From NCBI GenBank assembly GCA_023382875.1, contig JAHDXH010000005.1:1-56483 (forward strand): a stretch of 56,483 nt of DNA. Reading direction: 5' to 3'. Below the pieces are notes generated by a model. The model was not told the origin of the DNA and did no database searches. It worked only from the letters and a program-made list of their open reading frames with translations. Source of the stretch: Patescibacteria group bacterium (GTDB lineage Bacteria; Patescibacteriota; Microgenomatia; UBA1400; PJMF01). Below, piece by piece: positions 50,077 through 56,483 of this stretch. Positions within the stretch are counted from its first letter, which is position 1, and every line of letters starts with the position of its first letter. The position numbers were made by a program, and so were the translations under genes.

Positions 50077-50628
50077 GTGATAAATAAAAACAACTTTAGA
50101 CATGGACAACCTAAAAAAGAATTCGTCGTAGCGAACCACAATATTCGCTTCCCCGAAGTCAGAGTTTTGTCCGAGTTTGGTGAAATGATCGGAGTAATGT
50201 CCTCAGCAGAAGCCTTGGACAAAGCCCACCAAGCAGAAAAAGACTTAGTTTTAGTCACAGAAACAGCTAAACCACCGATCGTTAAGATCATTGATTTAGC
50301 CAAGTACAAATACCAACTGCAACAAAAAAAAGCAGAAGGTCGTAAAAAAGCAAAGACACAGGATATCAAAGAAGTTCGCTTGACCCCATTCATGGGCGAA
50401 GGAGACTTTGTCGCCAGATTGAATAAGGTTATTCAATTTTTAGAAAAAGGTGATAAAGTAAGACTTTCTTTGCAATTCAAGGGAAGAGCCATTACCAAAA
50501 AAGAATTTGGTTTTGATCTCTTCACTAGAGTCTTTGACGCAACAACAGAAATCGCTACTACCGAAATTGCCCCCAAAATGATGGGCAACAAACTAGTTGC
50601 ACAATTAATGCCGGTTAAGAAAAAATAA
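50077..50628 (+). CDS. infC: translation initiation factor IF-3
   Basis: N..I...EVR, DLVLV...PP.VKI.D..KYKY, KEVRL, GDKV; non-ATG start (GTG or adjacent ATA). Confidence 0.95.
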   Translation: MINKNNFRHGQPKKEFVVANHNIRFPEVRVLSEFGEMIGVMSSAEALDKAHQAEKDLVLVTETAKPPIVKIIDLAKYKYQLQQKKAEGRKKAKTQDIKEVRLTPFMGEGDFVARLNKVIQFLEKGDKVRLSLQFKGRAITKKEFGFDLFTRVFDATTEIATTEIAPKMMGNKLVAQLMPVKKK

Positions 50629-50644
50629 ATAATCTTGGAGTAAT

Positions 50645-50848
50645 ATGCAAAAGTACAAGCAAAAAACCAGAAAAGGTGCTGCTAAAAGATTCAAAATTAC
50701 CGCTACTGGTAAAGTTTTGAGAAGAACTCAAAACATGAGACATTTGCGCAGTAACAAAAGTAAAAAAGCTAAGCGCGCTTACCGAGTGCCAATCGAAGTC
50801 ACCGGCAAATGGGCTAAAAAAATCAAACACATGCTTGGTTTGAGATAA
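50645..50848 (+). CDS. rpmI: 50S ribosomal protein L35
   Basis: KTRKGAAKRFKITATGK. Confidence 0.95.
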   Translation: MQKYKQKTRKGAAKRFKITATGKVLRRTQNMRHLRSNKSKKAKRAYRVPIEVTGKWAKKIKHMLGLR

Positions 50849-50868
50849 ACTGAAGAAAGAAATAAATT

Positions 50869-51222
50869 ATGCCAAGAGTTAAAGCTGGCACAACCAGACA
50901 CAACCGCCACAAAAAAGTCCTCAAACTAACCAAAGGTTTCAGAGGCACTAACAACAGATTATTCAAAAGAGCTCAAGAAGCTTTGCTTCACGCTGGCCAA
51001 TACGCTTATGTTGGTCGCAGACTTCGCAAAAGAGACTTCAGAGCCCTTTGGATTACCAGAATTACTGCTGGATTAGCTATGGCTGAAGCCAAAGTTAGCT
51101 ACTCTAGATTCATCAAAGCCCTCAAGGACAGTAAAGTTGAATTAAACCGCAAGATGTTATCAGAACTTGCTGTTTTTGACTTTAGTGCCTTTAAAAAACT
51201 TGTTGAAAAAGTGCAGGGTTAA
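50869..51222 (+). CDS. rplT: 50S ribosomal protein L20
   Basis: MPRVK, RKRDFRALWITRI, LNRKMLSELA. Confidence 0.97.
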   Translation: MPRVKAGTTRHNRHKKVLKLTKGFRGTNNRLFKRAQEALLHAGQYAYVGRRLRKRDFRALWITRITAGLAMAEAKVSYSRFIKALKDSKVELNRKMLSELAVFDFSAFKKLVEKVQG

Positions 51223-51248
51223 TCTGAAGTAAAAATTAAGAAAAATCT

Positions 51249-51275
51249 AAGCCCCGCACTCAAGCGGGGCTTTTT
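51249..51275 (+). terminator. terminator after rplT
   Basis: AAGCCCCGC-ACTCAA-GCGGGGCTT-TTT. Confidence 0.85.
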
Positions 51276-51297
51276 AGATGCTGTTACAATAATGCCT

Positions 51298-52380
51298 ATG
51301 ACTATCGATGAACTAAAACAAAAAATTGAAGCTTTAACTAATGAACTTCAATCACAAAAAGCTTTGACTGAAACTGTCAAAAATCAATATTTAGGAAAAA
51401 AAGGTCATTTTAATATTTTGGCCAAAGTCATTGCTCAAATCGATAATCAAGATAAAAAAGTCGCTGGACAACTGCTCAATGAGTTAAAACTCAAACTCGA
51501 AAATCACTTTTCAAATACAACTTCAAAGAAACAAACCAAACAAATTGACTTCACTTTGCCAGGGCTCCCACAAGACGTTGGCCATTTACACCCCATTTCG
51601 CAGGCCATGGAAGAAATTACCAACATTTTCGAAAAAGTCGGTTTTACTCGCGTTCGCTATCCAGAAGTAGACTGGGATTGGTATGTTTTCGAAAGTCTTA
51701 ATATGCCACCAAGCCATCCTGCGCGCGATGAATGGGAAACTTTCTTTGTCGATGCTCCAGAGCCAGCTCATGATTTGACTTATGATGCCAAAGAACCACG
51801 CAAACGCCACCCCAGCTTAGTTGGCGGCAAAATGGTTTTGACCACTCACACCTCCAATGGCCAAGTGCGGGAAATGGAAAGACTTAAAAACCCTCCAATT
51901 CGCATGATCAACATTGCCAAATGTTATCGTCGCCAACAAGATGCCACTCACACTCAAATGTTCCACCAGTTCGAAGGCTTAGTGGTTGATAAAGGTATTA
52001 ACATTCAACACCTCAAAGGCACTTTAGATTATTTTGCTGAACAATTTTACGGTCCTGGCACCAAGTCCAGAATCAGACCATTCCATTTCCAATTCACTGA
52101 ACCAAGTTTTGAAGTTGATTTTAGTTGCCACATTTGCGGAGGCACTGGCAAGAAAAATGGAGAAAAATGCAAGTTCTGTAAATCTGGCTGGCATGAAGTG
52201 GGTGGAGCGGGTATGGTTCACCCCAACGTATTGAAGGCTGGTGGCATTGATCCAGAAATTTATACTGGCTTTGCTTTTGGTTGGGGAGTGGAAAGAACTT
52301 ACACTCTCAAAGAAGGTCTAAACATCGACGATATTCGCTTGCTTTACAGTGGCGATTTAAGATTTTTACGTCAATTTTAA
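51298..52380 (+). CDS. pheS: phenylalanyl-tRNA synthetase alpha subunit
   Basis: HPARD, THTS, FHQFEG, FTEPS, GFAFGWGVER; CxxC..CxxC insert; start probably 51298 (7 nt after TACAAT), alternatively 51292. Confidence 0.96.
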   Translation: MTIDELKQKIEALTNELQSQKALTETVKNQYLGKKGHFNILAKVIAQIDNQDKKVAGQLLNELKLKLENHFSNTTSKKQTKQIDFTLPGLPQDVGHLHPISQAMEEITNIFEKVGFTRVRYPEVDWDWYVFESLNMPPSHPARDEWETFFVDAPEPAHDLTYDAKEPRKRHPSLVGGKMVLTTHTSNGQVREMERLKNPPIRMINIAKCYRRQQDATHTQMFHQFEGLVVDKGINIQHLKGTLDYFAEQFYGPGTKSRIRPFHFQFTEPSFEVDFSCHICGGTGKKNGEKCKFCKSGWHEVGGAGMVHPNVLKAGGIDPEIYTGFAFGWGVERTYTLKEGLNIDDIRLLYSGDLRFLRQF

Positions 52381-52411
52381 TTTTTTATTTATTTATGAAC
52401 CTAATAAAACT

Positions 52412-54358
52412 ATGAACATCTTAATCCCACACCCTTGGCTACTTGAACATTTAGACACCAAAACTCAACCAGAAAAAATTCGCGAATTGGTTTCATTGTG
52501 CGGACCATCTATCGAAAGAATTTATGAACGAGAAGGGGAGAATGTCTATGACATTGAGGTCACCACCAATCGTGTAGATTCCATGTCTATTCGTGGCATC
52601 GCCAGAGAAGTCGCTGTTATCTTAGATCAATTTGGCGAACAAGCTAAGTTAAAAAAACTTACCTTGCCAAAAATTAGCCAAGACCAAGACGTCAATCTGC
52701 CATTACCAAAAATTACCAATGATCAGACTTTGTGCAAAAGAATCACTTGCGTGGTTTTGGATCAAGTTAAACGCACACCAACTCCCGACTGGATGGCTAA
52801 AAGACTTGTTCAGACAGACATGAATGTTCATGACAGCGTGATTGATATTACCAACTACATCACCCACGAATTAGGACATCCCTGTCACGCTTTTGACTAC
52901 GACAAACTAATGAAAACTGGCGGCGAAATCATCGTCACTACTGCCAAAAAAGGTGAGCATTTTGCCACTTTGGACGGCAATGAATTCAAAACTGTGGGCG
53001 GAGAAGTAGTTTTCAAAAACGGCCAAGGCGAAATTATTGATTTACCTTCAATTAAAGGCACCGCCAATACCTCCATTGATGAATCTACTACTCGAGTTCT
53101 ATTACTTTTAGAATCCATCGTCGCCCAAAAAGTGCGCTTTGCTTCCATGAGTCATGCCATTCGCACCACCGCTGCTCAACTAATGGAAAAAAATGTTGAT
53201 CCAAACTTAATCATGCCAACCCTAGAACTTGGTGTAAAACTTTACCAAGAATTATGCCAAGCCAAAGTGGCCAGTGCTGTTTACGATGATTTTCCCAATC
53301 AAAATCCTACTCAACCTATCGCTACCAAATTAGAGACCATCAACAATTATCTGGGAGTTTCTTTAGAAGAAGATGTGATTGTGACAATTTTGGAAAAATT
53401 AGGCTGTGAAGTTTTGAGAAAAGACAAAGATAAAGTTATTGTGGTCACTCCACCAACATTCCGACCAGACCTAGAAATTGCCGCCGACATTGTCGAAGAA
53501 ATTGCCCGTATTTATGGTTACCACCGTTTGCCCAGCAAACTCATGGACACAGCTATTCCTTTGGATAAACCCAAACACACCAATTTCGAAGTCGAAAATC
53601 GAATCAAACACTTTTTGGTTGATCGCGGTTGGCAAGAAATTTATTCTTACTCATTAGTCAGTGAAGTTTTAGCTGGACAATCTGGTTATCCACTAGAAAA
53701 CCACCTCAAACTGCAAAACCCTTTGACTGAAGACAGGGTTTATTTGCGTCGCTCACTCATCCCATCACTGGTCGAAGTAATCGAGGGCAATCCTTTGGAA
53801 AAACAATTGGCTGTTTTTGAATTGGCCAATGTATATCATCCTGATGCTAAACAAAAACTTCCTACTGAAGAACTCCATTTAACCTTAGTAACTTTGAGAA
53901 ATTACCGGGAGGCAAGGGGAGTGGTAGAAGCTTTACTTAGACAATTTTTCATTGAAAACTTAGAAATTGATGAGACGGGTCAAATCTTAATTGAAGAAAG
54001 TAAAATTGGTGAAGTCAGACAAGAGAGTAACCTGATTGCTATCGACATTGTCATTGCCAAACTTTTACCTTTGATCAAAAAGCACCCAACTTATGAGCCA
54101 ATCACCAAAACCAGTTTCATTGCTGAAGATATTACTTTAACTTTGCTTGAATCAGTAGCGGTGGGCAAAGTCATTAAAACCATCAAAAACCAATCTCCAC
54201 TAATTGAAAAAGTTGAATTAATTGATCAATACCAACAAAACTACACATTTGCCATCAAATACCATGACCCAAGTAAGAATTTGAGCAACACTGACATCGA
54301 GCCCGTGCGCGAAAAGATTCTTACTAGCGTAGCTAACATGGTGGTAAAGAATGTTTAA
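52412..54358 (+). CDS. pheT: phenylalanyl-tRNA synthetase beta subunit (no B2 OB domain)
   Basis: TTNRVD.MS..GIARE directly after the N-terminus, DITNY, RPDL...DIVEEIARIYGY. Confidence 0.93.
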   Translation: MNILIPHPWLLEHLDTKTQPEKIRELVSLCGPSIERIYEREGENVYDIEVTTNRVDSMSIRGIAREVAVILDQFGEQAKLKKLTLPKISQDQDVNLPLPKITNDQTLCKRITCVVLDQVKRTPTPDWMAKRLVQTDMNVHDSVIDITNYITHELGHPCHAFDYDKLMKTGGEIIVTTAKKGEHFATLDGNEFKTVGGEVVFKNGQGEIIDLPSIKGTANTSIDESTTRVLLLLESIVAQKVRFASMSHAIRTTAAQLMEKNVDPNLIMPTLELGVKLYQELCQAKVASAVYDDFPNQNPTQPIATKLETINNYLGVSLEEDVIVTILEKLGCEVLRKDKDKVIVVTPPTFRPDLEIAADIVEEIARIYGYHRLPSKLMDTAIPLDKPKHTNFEVENRIKHFLVDRGWQEIYSYSLVSEVLAGQSGYPLENHLKLQNPLTEDRVYLRRSLIPSLVEVIEGNPLEKQLAVFELANVYHPDAKQKLPTEELHLTLVTLRNYREARGVVEALLRQFFIENLEIDETGQILIEESKIGEVRQESNLIAIDIVIAKLLPLIKKHPTYEPITKTSFIAEDITLTLLESVAVGKVIKTIKNQSPLIEKVELIDQYQQNYTFAIKYHDPSKNLSNTDIEPVREKILTSVANMVVKNV

Positions 54359-55601
54359 TCAAAAAACCAAAAGTTTAATTAATCATCTGTTAATCTCTGC
54401 CTTAATTTTTGCTATTCCGAGCAACCTATTTTTAGTGCTCACAGAAAAAACCGCCTATGTTCATGGACTAAGAATTGATTACCTATTGCCCAAATTTTAC
54501 TTGAGTGACATTATTTTTTTGTTGTTAACTTCCTGGGTCTTTTTTAGCAAGCAAATAAAATTTCCCAAATTTGAGATTAAAAATAATCTATTTTTAATTA
54601 CAGCCACTGGAGCCTTTTTACTTTTTCAGCTCATAACCAAACAACCGATTGTCGTTGGTTGGCAAATTATTAAAATCATTGAAATAGTCTGGTTGATTTT
54701 TTTACTCAAATCGCTTTGGCCAAAATTAAAACCTTCACTAATTTTAATTAGCACTAATGTAGTTTTAATTTTTCAATCCACAATTGGTTTATTGCAATTT
54801 TTCAATCAAAAATCTGTCGCAGGGTATTGGTTACTAGGAGAACCCAATTTAGCTCGACCAATTGACCTAGCCAAACAAATAATCTTTGGCCAAAACTTAA
54901 TTTTGCCTTACGGCACGACTGCTCATCCAAATGTTTTGGCTGGATTTATTGCTGCCATTTTGATTTTAAATATTTTGTTATTTAAGAAAATCAAACCAAA
55001 TAAATTAGCAATTTTTTCCTTAGGTTTTTCCAGTTTCTTAGGTATAGCTGCTCTGCTTTTAACAGGCTCTTGGTCTGCCGGACTATCACTGATTATCGCC
55101 TTAATATTAATCAAGCTAAAGCCAACAAGTAAAAATTTAATAGTAATGATGATTGCGATTTGGGTTGTTTCGACCATCATCATCAGTAAAGCCAATATTT
55201 TTCTTAATACTACCAATCCTTCCATCGTGCGGCGCCAGTATCTCAACCAATCTGCAATCATGATGTTAATAGATCATCCACTAGTTGGGGTTGGACTCAA
55301 TAATTTCACCACTCAGGTAGAAAAATATAGTCCAACTAGGGAAGTGGTTAGGTTCACCCAACCAGCACATAACACATTTCTCTTAATTTTAAGTGAGATA
55401 GGAATTCTAGGCGTAACTTTTGCTATTTTTTGGTTGAAAAAACTTAACAAGCCTTGGATTTGGTCTCTGACCATGACCTGTGCCACCATTTTGCCGATTT
55501 TGACCCTAGATCATTATCTTTATACTCTCCAAACAGGAAACTTGATTTTCGCCACTTTGCTACTAAGTTTTAAAAACTTCTTAGACCCACGCCAGAAATA
55601 A
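54351..55601 (+). CDS. O-antigen ligase/Wzy_C family membrane protein
   Basis: many TMs; YGTTAHPNVLAG, HPLVGVGLNNF, PAHN motifs. Confidence 0.85.
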   Translation: MFNQKTKSLINHLLISALIFAIPSNLFLVLTEKTAYVHGLRIDYLLPKFYLSDIIFLLLTSWVFFSKQIKFPKFEIKNNLFLITATGAFLLFQLITKQPIVVGWQIIKIIEIVWLIFLLKSLWPKLKPSLILISTNVVLIFQSTIGLLQFFNQKSVAGYWLLGEPNLARPIDLAKQIIFGQNLILPYGTTAHPNVLAGFIAAILILNILLFKKIKPNKLAIFSLGFSSFLGIAALLLTGSWSAGLSLIIALILIKLKPTSKNLIVMMIAIWVVSTIIISKANIFLNTTNPSIVRRQYLNQSAIMMLIDHPLVGVGLNNFTTQVEKYSPTREVVRFTQPAHNTFLLILSEIGILGVTFAIFWLKKLNKPWIWSLTMTCATILPILTLDHYLYTLQTGNLIFATLLLSFKNFLDPRQK

Positions 55602-56106
55602 ATTCTTGTTCTAGAATATCTCTTTGCACATCTAAAGTTGGAGTTCCTTTTCTTAAGGTAAACCTGATGTTTACATATTGAGTCAATTTGTCCTGGCTTT
55701 GAGTACAATCAAAATAGGGACCATTTGTAATATCGACATCTCCAGATGTTAAAAATTTAGTAGAGTTTGAAGCAATTTTTGCTTTGCTATCTGATGGATC
55801 AATTGTTTTATTTAACAAGGTTTCGCCGCTATCAATAGAAACAAAAGCAATTGAAGTCATATTTCTTTCGCAGACTTGATTATTGTCGTTAGCAACAAGC
55901 TGAACAGCATTTCTAAGCAAAAATTCCATTTGGGACATAACATACTCACCTTCATGCTTAATCAACTGCATTCTTGTTACCTTAGTATTGCCTAACAAGA
56001 AAGTCATGAATAATGACGAAGCAGATAGCATCAACATCACAGATAAACTAACTACGATTAAAAGTTCGATCAAAGTAAAACCAGATAGTTTAGAGTGTCT
56101 GTTCAT
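55570..56106 (-). CDS. type IV prepilin-like protein
   Basis: class III signal SG|FTLIELLIV; start at MNRHSK. Confidence 0.88.
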   Translation of the reverse strand: MNRHSKLSGFTLIELLIVVSLSVMLMLSASSLFMTFLLGNTKVTRMQLIKHEGEYVMSQMEFLLRNAVQLVANDNNQVCERNMTSIAFVSIDSGETLLNKTIDPSDSKAKIASNSTKFLTSGDVDITNGPYFDCTQSQDKLTQYVNIRFTLRKGTPTLDVQRDILEQEFISGVGLRSF

Positions 56107-56483
56107 ATTTTTTAAATAATTGAATGAGGTTAGTGGAGCGGGGAACATTACCGTCAATCCAATTAACTACAATCTCGACTCTAATTTCTTCAGCTGAAAT
56201 AATGTTAACCAAAGCCTCTCTAACAAAAGATGTACCAGCAATTTTTTGATCATCATCACAAGCTCCAGTATTCATAGCTTTAAACTGCGCACTATCACTA
56301 GCCAAAGAATTAAGACAATATGTTCCTGAACTTAAAACATCATAATATTGACTCCAACCCAACAAAACTTTTTCTCTTCTAAAAACCTCCATTGCTTCTT
56401 GGGCGCGAGTGGATGCCAAAACTTTATATTTACTAACTGAACTATTTTTAACTGACAAAACCAAACTAGAAGCCACAGCGGTC
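56090..56483 (-). CDS. 3' part of a PilV-like minor pilin (5' end outside window)
   Basis: hydrophobic N-segment, A...AQEAME..R, V.I.V.W pattern; overlaps the next pilin gene. Confidence 0.65.
   Translation of the reverse strand, partial: TAVASSLVLSVKNSSVSKYKVLASTRAQEAMEVFRREKVLLGWSQYYDVLSSGTYCLNSLASDSAQFKAMNTGACDDDQKIAGTSFVREALVNIISAEEIRVEIVVNWIDGNVPRSTNLIQLFKKYEQTL

Noticed and set aside
52412-54358. PheT lacking the B2 OB domain as a novelty
   Set aside because: The loss is real, but such shortened PheT forms are common in reduced genomes; recorded as a feature only.

Overview
This looks like a 56.5-kb chromosomal segment of a small-genome bacterium, most likely Patescibacteria/CPR (Microgenomates-like). 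That assignment is an inference from a DUF5660-like gene, a trigger factor without its PPIase domain, PheT without its OB domain, a LytR_C membrane protein and many leaderless genes. The window is mostly housekeeping: 8 tRNAs, RNase P RNA, ldh, map, secA, pyrE-pyrF-prs, proS, lysS, greA, glmS, an F1Fo ATP synthase operon, miaA, corA, tig, prmC, infC-rpmI-rplT, pheST and pilin-like genes. I saw no CRISPR array, transposase, integrase or rRNA. The most notable signals are: (1) three dispersed copies of an unexplained ~75-83 nt hairpin with a fixed architecture (tandem GA/GA mismatch, conserved GAAGGAWTGA apex, covarying stems); (2) a classical His-codon leader-peptide attenuator upstream of an unknown gene; (3) an ATP synthase alpha subunit fused to the delta C-terminal domain, with no separate atpH in the operon; (4) two paralogous membrane-anchored repeat proteins with identical N-termini and unrelated HExxH tips, one frameshifted, followed by a candidate inhibitor; (5) a variant glmS ribozyme and a minimal T-box; (6) a LysRS-HD fusion facing a DHH-HIT pair. 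All calls come from reading the sequence and recognising motifs; no searches were run.
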